Shown here: positions 1 to 8,310 of the stretch, piece after piece
Numbering within the stretch: position 1 is the first letter of the stretch
Layout of the letters: every line of letters starts with the position of its first letter
From: a virus
Taxonomy: Duplodnaviria; Caudoviricetes
IMG/VR virus record: IMGVR_UViG_2974674860_000001
Coordinates: 1-64,000 of that record
Direction: 5' to 3' (one strand)
Length of the DNA stretch: 64,000 bases
The notes under the pieces: generated by a model
Databases searched by the model: none
What the model was told of the DNA's origin: nothing
What the model saw: the letters and a program-made list of their open reading frames with translations, nothing else
Made by a program: the position numbers and the translations under genes

Positions 1-75
1 TGGTGATGCCTGTGAGCTGGGGTTTTGGGGGGCTGTTAGACACCATATCCCACTCCTTCGCCCCTGGCTCGCGGC

Positions 76-91
76 TGTTGCATGTCTCGTG
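76..91 (+). promoter_or_regulatory. Operator-like motif copy 1 (TGTTGCATGTCTCGTG) with -10 TAGACT (95-100) of a probable leaderless promoter
   Basis: 1 mismatch to consensus TGTTGCGTGTCTCGTR; TANNNT hexamer ends 6 nt before ATG107. Confidence 0.7.
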
Positions 92-106
92 AGATAGACT
101 CGCGGC

Positions 107-538
107 ATGACGGCACAGACGACGACCTTCTTCGAGGGCAAGCGGGCGGACGGGTTCTTCCTCTTCACGGTCTACCCGCCGCGCCGCGAGGGGGAGGTGA
201 CCGACTACCAGCTGCACGTGGTACCGCCGGCGGCGGTAGAGACCAAGCACAACTTCACCGACGACTGCTGGTGCATCCCGCTCATCGCGCCGGCGAGAAG
301 CAACGGCCAGGGGACTGTCTGGCAGTACACCCACAACGCACAGGAGGAGCGTCACAGTGACGAAGCTGTTCGCGGCGACCGGGAAGATGCTGGGCAAGGA
401 GGCCTGGACCAAGGCCTGGCATCTGCCCTCGGATCACAAGGAGCAGAAGACGGCCAAGCGCCGGCGCCGCACCCGGGAGAAGAGGGCGTGGCGGACGGAG
501 GAGGCGACTGGTGGGACGACGGCCTTTTCGTGACATGA
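107..538 (+). CDS. hypothetical protein
   Basis: ORF with GC3-rich codons in its first 85 codons; stop overlaps ATG535 (ATGA); C-terminal half overlaps another ORF. Confidence 0.7.
   Translation: MTAQTTTFFEGKRADGFFLFTVYPPRREGEVTDYQLHVVPPAAVETKHNFTDDCWCIPLIAPARSNGQGTVWQYTHNAQEERHSDEAVRGDREDAGQGGLDQGLASALGSQGAEDGQAPAPHPGEEGVADGGGDWWDDGLFVT
357..533 (+). CDS. small basic protein (58 aa, MTKLFAATGKMLGKEAW...KRRRRTREKRAWR), nested in a different frame of 107-538
   Basis: GGAGGAG at 343-349, GTG357, typical codon usage. Confidence 0.55.
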   Translation: MTKLFAATGKMLGKEAWTKAWHLPSDHKEQKTAKRRRRTREKRAWRTEEATGGTTAFS

Positions 539-789
539 ACTCGATGCGCCTTGACGAGCTGATGTCGCAGTACCGGCCCGGCTCCCGCACCGACTGGTGG
601 CTCTGGTCTGACGAGTTTCAGGACCTCTGGAGTCGGCAGCCGGACTACATGGCCAAGCTGCTCGCGGACATCAACGCCAACGGCATCCACGACCCGATCT
701 GCCTCGGTACCGACGGCCGGATCTGGGATGGACACCACCGCATCGCAATCGCCACGGCCCTCGGGTTTCAGCGGGTGCCGGTCGAGTGA
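535..789 (+). CDS. ParB-like nuclease domain protein
   Basis: INANGIHDPI...IWDGHHRIAIA (DGHHR motif). Confidence 0.8.
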   Translation: MNSMRLDELMSQYRPGSRTDWWLWSDEFQDLWSRQPDYMAKLLADINANGIHDPICLGTDGRIWDGHHRIAIATALGFQRVPVE

Positions 790-959
790 GCGAGTACGTC
801 CCGGCCGCCGCCGAGATCAAGAAGCTCCGCGACGACACCCGTAGCACCCACCCCGACGGCTACTACCGAGCGCCGTACTGGCTCTGCCGTGACGCGCTGA
901 TCCAGGCCCGCGGCGACCAGTCCGCGGCGGTGGAGTTCATGTGTCTCGTCCGCGCATAA
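786..959 (+). CDS. 57-aa protein resembling the EF-Ts N-terminal (UBA-like) domain
   Basis: [11 protein letters not shown]...[19 protein letters not shown] follows the EF-Ts pattern AxxVKxLRxxTG...CKxALxxxxGDxxxAVExL; GTGA-coupled to the upstream gene. Confidence 0.65.
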   Translation: MSEYVPAAAEIKKLRDDTRSTHPDGYYRAPYWLCRDALIQARGDQSAAVEFMCLVRA

Positions 960-1039
960 ACCGCCACGACTGGCGCAACTTTCAGACCTGCCAGTGCGGG
1001 GAGCCGGGGTGCTTCTCGTACGAAAATCGAAGGAGGACA

Positions 1040-1846
1040 ATGCGTATCGACACACCCTATGAGGACCTTCTGTTCAGGGTCCTTGCCGACGGCGACTACA
1101 AGCCCGACCGCACCGGCACCGGCACCCGCAGCATCTTCGGAGCCCAGTTGCGCTACGACCTCGCGAAGGGCTTCCCGCTCCTCACCACCAAGAGGGTCCA
1201 CTTCAAATCGATCGCGTACGAGCTGCTCTGGTTCCTGCGCGGCGATACGAACATCGAATGGCTGAACGACCATGGTGTGACGATCTGGGACGAGTGGGCC
1301 GACCAGCGTGGTGACCTCGGGCCGATCTACGGCGAGCAGTGGCGAACGTGGTACGCCGGCGACTACCGGCCCGCCATCGACCAGATCTCGAACGCTGTGA
1401 AGCTCCTGCGGTCGGACCCCAACTCTCGACGCAACGTCGTCTCGGCATGGAACGTCGCAGACCTCGACGAGATGGCACTGCACCCGTGCCACATCATGTT
1501 CCAGCTGTACGTCGTCGACGGCCGACTCTCGCTCCAGGTCTACCAGCGCAGCGCCGATCTCTTCCTGGGTGTGCCGTTCAACATCGCCTCGTATGCGCTC
1601 CTGACGCACATGTTCGCCGCGGTGGCCGGCCTGGAGGTCGGCGAGCTGATCTGGACCGGCGGGGACTGCCACATCTACGCCAATCACTTCGAGCAGGTCT
1701 TGGAGCAGCGCGGCCGAACTGCCCGACCGTACCCGCAGCTGCGACTCCTGGCCGACCGGGACTCGATATTCGACTTCGAGTACGACGACTTCGAGATCCT
1801 CGGCTACGACCCGCACCCCGCGATCAAGGCACCGGTGGCCGTCTGA
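1040..1846 (+). CDS. thyA: thymidylate synthase
   Basis: [15 protein letters not shown], catalytic [29 protein letters not shown]; RBS GGAGG before ATG1040. Confidence 0.97.
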   Translation: MRIDTPYEDLLFRVLADGDYKPDRTGTGTRSIFGAQLRYDLAKGFPLLTTKRVHFKSIAYELLWFLRGDTNIEWLNDHGVTIWDEWADQRGDLGPIYGEQWRTWYAGDYRPAIDQISNAVKLLRSDPNSRRNVVSAWNVADLDEMALHPCHIMFQLYVVDGRLSLQVYQRSADLFLGVPFNIASYALLTHMFAAVAGLEVGELIWTGGDCHIYANHFEQVLEQRGRTARPYPQLRLLADRDSIFDFEYDDFEILGYDPHPAIKAPVAV

Positions 1847-1977
1847 TGTGGGTCGCCTGGAGCGATCACGACGACCTGGACAAGCTCGAACCGATGACCT
1901 GGGACGAAGCCTTCGCCTACATGCGATGGCTGAGCACCCGCAACATCCCCGCCTACGCCCGAAAGGTGCCAGCGTGA
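1846..1977 (+). CDS. small hypothetical protein (43 aa)
   Basis: TGATG-coupled to thyA and GTGA-coupled to the next gene. Confidence 0.65.
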   Translation: MWVAWSDHDDLDKLEPMTWDEAFAYMRWLSTRNIPAYARKVPA

Positions 1978-2192
1978 TCAAGCGCCACCACTACCGCCTC
2001 GCCGAGTTCGACAAGGACGGCATCTGTGAAGATGAAGCTCGAGTGGAACTCTTCAATCACCTTGTGCAGCAAGGGATCGACCCAGAGGCAATCACCTTCC
2101 ATGATGCCGACCGCGCCCTGTTCAAGAACGGTGTCATCAGCCTCGATCCCGAGGGCGCCTACGTCCTCGTGACGGCGAGCGTCCGCCCGTGA
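1974..2192 (+). CDS. hypothetical protein
   Basis: GTGA coupling at both ends, codon usage. Confidence 0.7.
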   Translation: MIKRHHYRLAEFDKDGICEDEARVELFNHLVQQGIDPEAITFHDADRALFKNGVISLDPEGAYVLVTASVRP

Positions 2193-2479
2193 TCCTCCCG
2201 AACATGCCACCACGGTTCGCGCTTCTCGCATTCGACCTCGACACCAACGAGCTGATCTTCCGTGCCGAGCGCGCACAGTTTCTTCCGACCGAGCAGCCCG
2301 AGCGCGAATACCAGGACATCTGGGACCGCCAGGTCATCACCTGGTGCCCGAAGTACACCGACGTCCTCCTGCGCCTCCACGGCGACGAGCGCACCGGTGT
2401 CCAGTACACGCGGACGCTCACCAAGGCCCAGGTCGCCGAGATGAAGGAGGCGCTCGATGGGCTCGCCACCGTCGACTGA
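2189..2479 (+). CDS. hypothetical protein
   Basis: coupled ORF, codon usage. Confidence 0.7.
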   Translation: MILPNMPPRFALLAFDLDTNELIFRAERAQFLPTEQPEREYQDIWDRQVITWCPKYTDVLLRLHGDERTGVQYTRTLTKAQVAEMKEALDGLATVD

Positions 2480-2897
2480 ATCCTTCGCCACGTCGGCCCG
2501 AGCCCTGGGGGAGGCATTCCAGGCGCTGGGCAAGATGATCGAGGAGTTCGCCGCCAAGACACAGCTCGCCGACCTGATCTACAGCACGGACGGCTCGATC
2601 GCCGAGGGCGACCAGGTCACTGAGATCGAGGGCATCCAGCTCGTGCGTGTCCACGACCAGCGCCAGTGCGCCGGCCAAGCCTGCGTCATCCACAACCCGC
2701 TCGACCACCACATGCGCGACTGGACGCTGCATTGGCGCGACGACCGCAAGATCTTCGAGCGCATCTGCCCGAGCCATGGCTGCGGGCATCCCGATCCCTC
2801 CCAGTTCGACTACTGGGAGTCCGCCGGCCGCACCTGGGAGGCAGTCCACGGCTGCTGCGGGTGTTGCCAGTCAACCGAGAAAGCAGGTAGCTCATGA
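2457..2897 (+). CDS. Cys/His-rich putative metal-binding protein
   Basis: CAGQACVIHNP...ERICPSHGCGHPDP...HGCCGCC; start uncertain. Confidence 0.7.
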   Translation: MGSPPSTESFATSARALGEAFQALGKMIEEFAAKTQLADLIYSTDGSIAEGDQVTEIEGIQLVRVHDQRQCAGQACVIHNPLDHHMRDWTLHWRDDRKIFERICPSHGCGHPDPSQFDYWESAGRTWEAVHGCCGCCQSTEKAGSS

Positions 2898-3046
2898 ACG
2901 ACCGCTACGAAGAGGACCGCAAGCGCCGCCGCCGCGACGAGGAGGAGGCAGCCCGCCGCCGCCGGTCCCAGGACGCGACCAACCTCGCGATCAACACGGC
3001 CATCTCCGCGGCCACGACCGCGGCCATCACCTCGGCCACCTTCTGA
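2894..3046 (+). CDS. small hypothetical protein (50 aa; charged N-terminus, Ala/Thr-rich C-terminus)
   Basis: ATGA-coupled; MNDRYEEDRKRRRRDEEE... Confidence 0.65.
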   Translation: MNDRYEEDRKRRRRDEEEAARRRRSQDATNLAINTAISAATTAAITSATF

Positions 3047-3349
3047 GTGGCCTGGTCTGACACCTCCACGGCACTGACCCCCGAGTTCCGCCGCAACCGC
3101 CCTTTGGTGCTGCAGCGGGACCGGGGGCAGTGTCGTCTTCGCTATGACGGCTGCGCTGGCGAAGCGACAGAGGTCGATCACATCAAGAACCGAGCCGAGG
3201 GTGGGGATGACTCCATGGAGAATCTCCAGTCGGTCTGTCCTCATTGCCACACGATCAAGACTCGCCGCGAGTGGGCTCGTGCTCGCCGGCGCTCCCGGGA
3301 GGCGGCCAGGCATCCGTGGACCCGGCTCAAGCACCCCGGCCTGAAATAG
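3047..3349 (+). CDS. HNH endonuclease (terminase-associated type)
   Basis: C-x6-C...EVDHIK...NLQSVCPHCHTIKT; lies upstream of the terminase genes. Confidence 0.9.
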   Translation: MAWSDTSTALTPEFRRNRPLVLQRDRGQCRLRYDGCAGEATEVDHIKNRAEGGDDSMENLQSVCPHCHTIKTRREWARARRRSREAARHPWTRLKHPGLK

Positions 3350-3366
3350 TCGGCGTGTCGCCGCGC

Positions 3367-3382
3367 TGTTGCGTGTCTCGTG
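3367..3382 (+). promoter_or_regulatory. operator-like motif TGTTGCGTGTCTCGTG with -10 TACCTT (3386-3391)
   Basis: exact consensus; same AGA spacer to TANNNT as the copies at 76, 50925 and 60147. Confidence 0.75.
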
Positions 3383-3397
3383 AGATACCTTACGAAG

Positions 3398-3790
3398 ACA
3401 TCCCAGCGCCCGAGGAGTTGAGTATCGGGTGACACGCCTTGCCAGCGTGGTCGTCCCCGGTCAGAGCGGGAGGTGCACTCACGCCCGCAATTCGTTGCGT
3501 GCGTGGCGATCACAGCCCATCCACCCTGGATAAATAGAAGGACAGCCCGCCTGGGGGACGTGTGGCAGCGTAGCGGTGACTGTGAGCATCCCGGCCTGTA
3601 GGCAAGCGAGTCATACCCGCAGCCTGTTGTCTTCAAAGCGACCGATCCGACCGACGCGACCGACGCGATGGACAGCGCCCCGGCCCCTGCGAAAGTGGGG
3701 GGATCTGACCTTTGCGGTTACGGGGTTGCCGCGCTCCCTCACCTTCCCTCTGCTCCCTCTGCGATAGACGAAGAGCGGCCCTGGGTCAAT
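3398..3790 (+). ncRNA. candidate structured non-coding RNA A
   Basis: no credible ORF; UUCG and GAAA tetraloop hairpins; long-range pair 3452-3458/3554-3560; follows a promoter-like site. Confidence 0.35.
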
Positions 3791-3794
3791 AGAG

Positions 3795-3810
3795 TGTTGC
3801 GTGTCTCGTG
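3795..3810 (+). promoter_or_regulatory. operator-like motif with extended -10 TGtTAGACT (3809-3817)
   Basis: exact consensus; lies upstream of the tRNA-like element. Confidence 0.75.
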
Positions 3811-3886
3811 TTAGACTGGCTGCATGCTCGGAGGGCGCGATCCGCTCTTCGACGCAGGGGTTCAGCAACCGACGCTGACTCCCATA

Positions 3887-3963
3887 GCCTCCGTACGTCT
3901 CAATTGGCAGAGCGGCCCGTCTTGTGGGGAGTGTGTGGGTTCGAGTCCCACCGGGGGTTACCA
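3887..3963 (+). tRNA. tRNA-like element or pseudo-tRNA (possible Lys CTT) with a degenerate anticodon arm and encoded CCA
   Basis: acceptor GCCTCCG/CGGGGGT; D-arm CTC-AATTGGCA-GAG; perfect T-arm GTGGG-TTCGAGT-CCCAC; ends ACCA; anticodon stem only 3 bp. Confidence 0.7.
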
Positions 3964-3966
3964 GAC

Positions 3967-4267
3967 GCGATGGGGCGTCAACGCTCGGGTGCTGACAGTC
4001 ATCCGCGCAAAGGTCTCGGCGGCTTCGGGGTGTCATTGTCGTGACACCCGCGGCCCGGCTGGGGGTGGCCTCCAACTCACCCTGCAATCAGCTAGCCTGC
4101 GCCCCATCGCAGCCACACCTCCCGAGCCCAGGGGAAGTGCCGGATAGCTACCGGCGATGGGTGAAGCCTCGCGTGATCGATCGTACGAAGCGGCGCGAGG
4201 GGTCCGAGGTCTGGCCGGCCTCGCTTAATCTACCGGCCGGAACTTGAATCGGACTGGGACCGGCCGG
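3967..4267 (+). ncRNA. candidate structured non-coding RNA B, directly 3' of the tRNA-like element
   Basis: 11-bp stem 3967-3977/4100-4110 enclosing hairpin 4028-4049; further stems 4167-4173/4194-4200 and 4233-4240/4260-4267. Confidence 0.4.
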
Positions 4268-4288
4268 ATTCCAAGAGGCCTTGAATCT

Positions 4289-4304
4289 TGTTGCGTGTCT
4301 CGTA
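4289..4304 (+). promoter_or_regulatory. operator-like motif upstream of the terminase operon
   Basis: TGTTGCGTGTCTCGTA lies in the spacer of TTGAAT(4281)-16-TAGTCT(4303). Confidence 0.7.
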
Positions 4305-4537
4305 GTCTGGAAGATGTAAGCGGTGGGATGCGCCATCGTCGCCCGAAATGAAACCAGTAAAGGGCCAAAGCAACGCATACCCTTCGGGGCCGGTTTCTCC
4401 GCTGACGTCATGTCCACGCGGGCCGCATGCCTCCACCTCACATCCCGACATGGGAGTCCGACAAATGAGTCATTCCATATCTGTCTGTCGCGCAGCCGTT
4501 TTGACGGTGCGCGATTTTGTTGTACCTGGGGGCGGTC

Positions 4538-4999
4538 GTGGCTAAGACCGGACCCGCACCCAAGGACCCATCGCAGCTGCAGGGCCACTACTCGGCCGCC
4601 AAGCTGGCTGGCGACGACTGGGAAGAGATCGACCCCGACAAGGTGGTCGAAGCCCCCGAGATCCCCGACTGGATTGACGCCAGCCCGCGAGCTGTTGCGA
4701 TCTACGAATACCTCACATCCCTGCCTCAGTCCCAGCTCTACGGCGCTGGAACGTATTTCGAGCTGTGGATGTCGCTGCCCCTGATCGAGCGATACCTGTC
4801 TCGGCCGGGCGGCGAGACCTACAAGACCCTCGTCAGCACTCTCGGCACAGCCCTGCGCCTCACCGAGGACGACATGGCCAAGGCCCGCATCCGCATGGTC
4901 AAGGCCGACGAGCAGACTGACGACCCCTCCGAGACCAGTGAGCAGAACGCCCGAGTCATCGCGATGAAGGAACGTCGGAACCGACTCAAGGGGGCCTAG
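4538..4999 (+). CDS. terminase small subunit
   Basis: immediately upstream of terL; MAKTGPAPK N-terminus. Confidence 0.8.
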   Translation: MAKTGPAPKDPSQLQGHYSAAKLAGDDWEEIDPDKVVEAPEIPDWIDASPRAVAIYEYLTSLPQSQLYGAGTYFELWMSLPLIERYLSRPGGETYKTLVSTLGTALRLTEDDMAKARIRMVKADEQTDDPSETSEQNARVIAMKERRNRLKGA

Positions 5000-6736
5000 A
5001 TGCCCCACGACCTCGTGCGAGCACCTGGGCACGACCGAGAGGTCAGCCTCGGGTGGCTCGCCGTCGCATGGATGGAGTGGTTCTGCGTCCACGGCCCCGG
5101 CGACATCCAGGGTCAGCCAGTCGATCCGATGATCGACGAGTATGTCGGCTTCGTCGTCGACACCTACGCCCACGACTCCGAGGGCAAGCGCCTCTACGAC
5201 CACGTATTCCTCTCGCGCCCAAAGGGTTGCGCCAAGTCCGAAGTCGCCGCGCTCATCGCCATGTTCGAGGCGTTCGGACCCTGCCGCTTCGACGGATTCG
5301 CCGAGGGAGGCGAAGTCTTCCGTGATCCGTGGGGCTCGGGCTTCGAGTACACGTATCAGGCCGGCGAGCCCATGGGGAAGCGGCTGCAGACGCCGTTTAT
5401 TCGGTGCATGTCGACGACCGAGGACCAGTCCGGCCTCGTCTACGACACCATCTACCTCAACCTCACTGAGGGCCCGCTCCAGGTCGCGCTCCCGCGCAAG
5501 GACATGGCAGGCCTGACCCGCATCGTCATCCCCGGTGGCGGCGAGATCGTCCCCTCGTCGGCCGGCAGCGCATCGAAGGACGGCGGCAAGGACACGCTCG
5601 CCATCTTCGACGAGACGCACCTCTACAACCTCCCCGGCCTGCGGTCGATGTACAAGACCGTCTGCCGCAACCTCGTGAAGCGCCGCAAGACCGCTGGCAC
5701 CTTCGCCATCGAGACCACCACGATGTACGCCCCTGGTGAAGACTCGGTCGCCGAGCAGACCTACGACCTGGTCAAGAAGGTCAAGGCCGGCAAGGTCAAG
5801 CGCAACAAGCAGCTGTTCGACCACCGATTCGGCGACATCACCCCCGAGGATCTCCAGGACCAGGAGCTGGTCCGCAAGGCCCTCACGGAAGCCTACGGCG
5901 ACTGCACGTGGAACGACGTCGACGGCCTCATGGACGAGATCTACGGCGCCCGCGACCCCGGCGACATCACCTCGATGTTCCGCTACTGGTTCAACAGCCC
6001 GTTCAGCGCAGAGAACGCCTGGATCGCCTCCTGGGAATGGAATGGCGCCGGCCTCATCGACGAGGACGAACTCGACCCCGACGAGCCCAACCCCAACCCC
6101 GATCCCATCAAGCCTGGCGACACGATCGTGCTCGGCTTCGACGGTTCCCGCAAGCGCCGCAAGGGCGTCACCGACTCCACCGCGCTGATCGGCTGCCGCG
6201 TCAAGGACGGCGCCATCTTCGAGGTCGAGATCTGGGAGCAGCCCGCGGACTGGAAGGGGGCCGAGGGCTGGGAAGTCGACACCGGCCGCGTGGACCTCAA
6301 GATCCGCGAGACCTTCAAGAAGTACCGCGTCGTCGGCTTCTACGCCGACCCGGCGCTCTGGGAAACCTGGGTGGCCAAATGGGAGGCCCGCTACGGCGAC
6401 CGGCTCAAGCTCAAGTCCACCGGAACACACCCGATCGAGTGGTGGATGACCGGTGCGCGAGGCTCCAAAACCGTTGCCGCGCTTGAAGAGTTCCAGAACG
6501 CCGTCCTCGACCGCGAGTTGAAGCACTTCAACGAAGACATCCTCTCCGCGCACGTGCTCAACGCCCGCCGGTCCGAGACCACCCGCGGCGTGCAGATCCG
6601 CAAGGAGAACCCCGACTCACCACGCAAGATCGACGCCGCCGTTGCCGCGGTGCTCGCCTGGCAAGCCCGACTCGATGCCGTCTCCCGAGGCATCGCTGAG
6701 GCGCCGAAGAAGCGCATCGTTCGCAAGATCCGATAG
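5000..6736 (+). CDS. terminase large subunit
   Basis: Walker A-like RPKGCAKS, Walker B AIFDETH, nuclease LGFDGS...KIDAAVA. Confidence 0.95.
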   Translation: MPHDLVRAPGHDREVSLGWLAVAWMEWFCVHGPGDIQGQPVDPMIDEYVGFVVDTYAHDSEGKRLYDHVFLSRPKGCAKSEVAALIAMFEAFGPCRFDGFAEGGEVFRDPWGSGFEYTYQAGEPMGKRLQTPFIRCMSTTEDQSGLVYDTIYLNLTEGPLQVALPRKDMAGLTRIVIPGGGEIVPSSAGSASKDGGKDTLAIFDETHLYNLPGLRSMYKTVCRNLVKRRKTAGTFAIETTTMYAPGEDSVAEQTYDLVKKVKAGKVKRNKQLFDHRFGDITPEDLQDQELVRKALTEAYGDCTWNDVDGLMDEIYGARDPGDITSMFRYWFNSPFSAENAWIASWEWNGAGLIDEDELDPDEPNPNPDPIKPGDTIVLGFDGSRKRRKGVTDSTALIGCRVKDGAIFEVEIWEQPADWKGAEGWEVDTGRVDLKIRETFKKYRVVGFYADPALWETWVAKWEARYGDRLKLKSTGTHPIEWWMTGARGSKTVAALEEFQNAVLDRELKHFNEDILSAHVLNARRSETTRGVQIRKENPDSPRKIDAAVAAVLAWQARLDAVSRGIAEAPKKRIVRKIR

Positions 6737-6744
6737 GACACCGC

Positions 6745-8310
6745 ATGCAGGAATCCGAAGACGTCGAATCCCCAGAGTTCTGGTTCCAGAAGACCATGGA
6801 GCAGTTCTCCAAGCAGACCGAGGACAGTGACCGTCTGGCGTCATGGGCCAACAAGCCCGCCGACCGTCGCGAGCGCCTCACGCTGCTCTGGGACTACGTC
6901 ACCGGCAACCCGCCGCTGCCCTACATCTCGGACAAGTACAAGGACATCTTCGCGCAGATCATGCGCAAGGCCCGCACCAACTACGCCCTGCTCGTCGTCG
7001 AATCCATGGTCGACCACTCCAAGGTTGCCTCGGTCACCACCGAGGCCGACGAGGACTTCGACGGCGACGAGTACGCCGCGATGGTGCACGAAGCCTCAGG
7101 CTTCGAGTCGATGCACTCTGACCTGCAGACATTCCTCTACACCTTCGGCGAGACCTACGCCCAGGTCGTCCCGCCGGCCGAGGGTCTCGACGTGTCGACC
7201 ACGCCGCCGATGATGGTCGCCGAAGACCCGCGGTTCTGCGTCGGCATCCCCAACCCACTCCTGCCCGGTCGCCTCAAGTCCTGGGTCAAGGTGTGGAACG
7301 ACGAGATCCTCGACCAGCAGGTGGCCATCTTCTGCTACGCCGGCCAGCGACTGATCGCCCGCCGCACGCCCGAGGTCTACGCAGACACGTTCAGCATCGA
7401 AGAGTGGGAGTGGTCCACCCTCCCCGGCGAAACCGCCGTCAGCATGGACTACCTGGAGGCCTTCGGAGGCGTCCCGGTCGTCCGCTTCGAGAACAAGTAC
7501 GCAATGGGCGAGTTCGAGCCCCACATCGACGTCCTGGACCGCATCGTCGACGCCGTCCTGCAGCGCGTGGTCATCCAGTGGTACCAGAGCTTCCGTCAGC
7601 GCGCCGTCTCCGGCGACATAGACGGGGGAGAGGACCTCACCGACGACGACGAGACCGACTCGCTCATCAAGTCGATGCACAACGGCGATGACGAGCTGCG
7701 CAACCTGTTCGAGGCCGACCCCGGCTCGCTCTGGCTGCTGCCTGAGGGCGTCCAGTTCTGGGAGTCGGGCAACACCGACTTCGGGCCACTCCAGAAGGCC
7801 ATCCAGGACGACGTGAAGGCCTTCGCCAGCGTCTCCCGCACCCCGCTGACCATGTTCAACCCCGACTCGGCCAACCAGACCGCCGAGGGCGCCGCGACGA
7901 TGAAGGAATCGCACCTCGACAAGGTGAAGAACCGCCAGTCGCGCCAGACCCCGGGCCTGATCCTTCTTCACCAGATCGCCTTCGCCATGGGCGGCCAGGA
8001 GAACCGTGCGGCCAAGGTCAAGATCCACTGGCAGAACCCCGAGCGCACCACACTGCAGCAGAAGGGTGACTTCATCACCAAGGCCGCCGGCGTGCTCTCG
8101 CGCCACCGCATCCTGGCCAAGGTCCTCGAAATGACCCCCGAGGAGATCCGCCTCAACGAGAAGGAACTGCTCCAGGAGGCGATGATGGCCGCGACCATGG
8201 CCGCATCCCTGGCACCCGAGACGCCCGAGGATGACCCAGAGGCCGACACGGAGAGCGGCAACGAACCCACCGAGGAGCAGGAGCCAGCCGAAGCTGAGCA
8301 GGCGGCCTGA
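6745..8310 (+). CDS. portal protein (SPP1 gp6-like)
   Basis: position, size, VPVVRFEN..GEFE..IDVLDRI motif. Confidence 0.9.
   Translation: MQESEDVESPEFWFQKTMEQFSKQTEDSDRLASWANKPADRRERLTLLWDYVTGNPPLPYISDKYKDIFAQIMRKARTNYALLVVESMVDHSKVASVTTEADEDFDGDEYAAMVHEASGFESMHSDLQTFLYTFGETYAQVVPPAEGLDVSTTPPMMVAEDPRFCVGIPNPLLPGRLKSWVKVWNDEILDQQVAIFCYAGQRLIARRTPEVYADTFSIEEWEWSTLPGETAVSMDYLEAFGGVPVVRFENKYAMGEFEPHIDVLDRIVDAVLQRVVIQWYQSFRQRAVSGDIDGGEDLTDDDETDSLIKSMHNGDDELRNLFEADPGSLWLLPEGVQFWESGNTDFGPLQKAIQDDVKAFASVSRTPLTMFNPDSANQTAEGAATMKESHLDKVKNRQSRQTPGLILLHQIAFAMGGQENRAAKVKIHWQNPERTTLQQKGDFITKAAGVLSRHRILAKVLEMTPEEIRLNEKELLQEAMMAATMAASLAPETPEDDPEADTESGNEPTEEQEPAEAEQAA

Noticed and set aside
3461-3790. GCGGG/CCCGCAGC pair resembling group I intron P/Q elements
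   Set aside because: No convincing P7 (GACUA/UAGUC) or P3, and no interrupted gene, unlike the clear intron at 41860-42097
3887-3963. Element read as tmRNA or part of a two-piece tmRNA
   Set aside because: It has a D-stem and lacks the GGGGCUGA 5' end, the G3.U70 Ala identity pair and an evident tag reading frame
3824-4147. 107-aa ORF starting at the predicted transcription start
   Set aside because: Runs through the tRNA-like element and RNA stems, with atypical codon usage; better explained as RNA
4148-6553. 801-aa minus-strand ORF, plus similar long antisense ORFs (18725-21373, 7096-8367, 42692-43903)
   Set aside because: Shadow frames of GC3-biased genes on the opposite strand; no motifs or RBS
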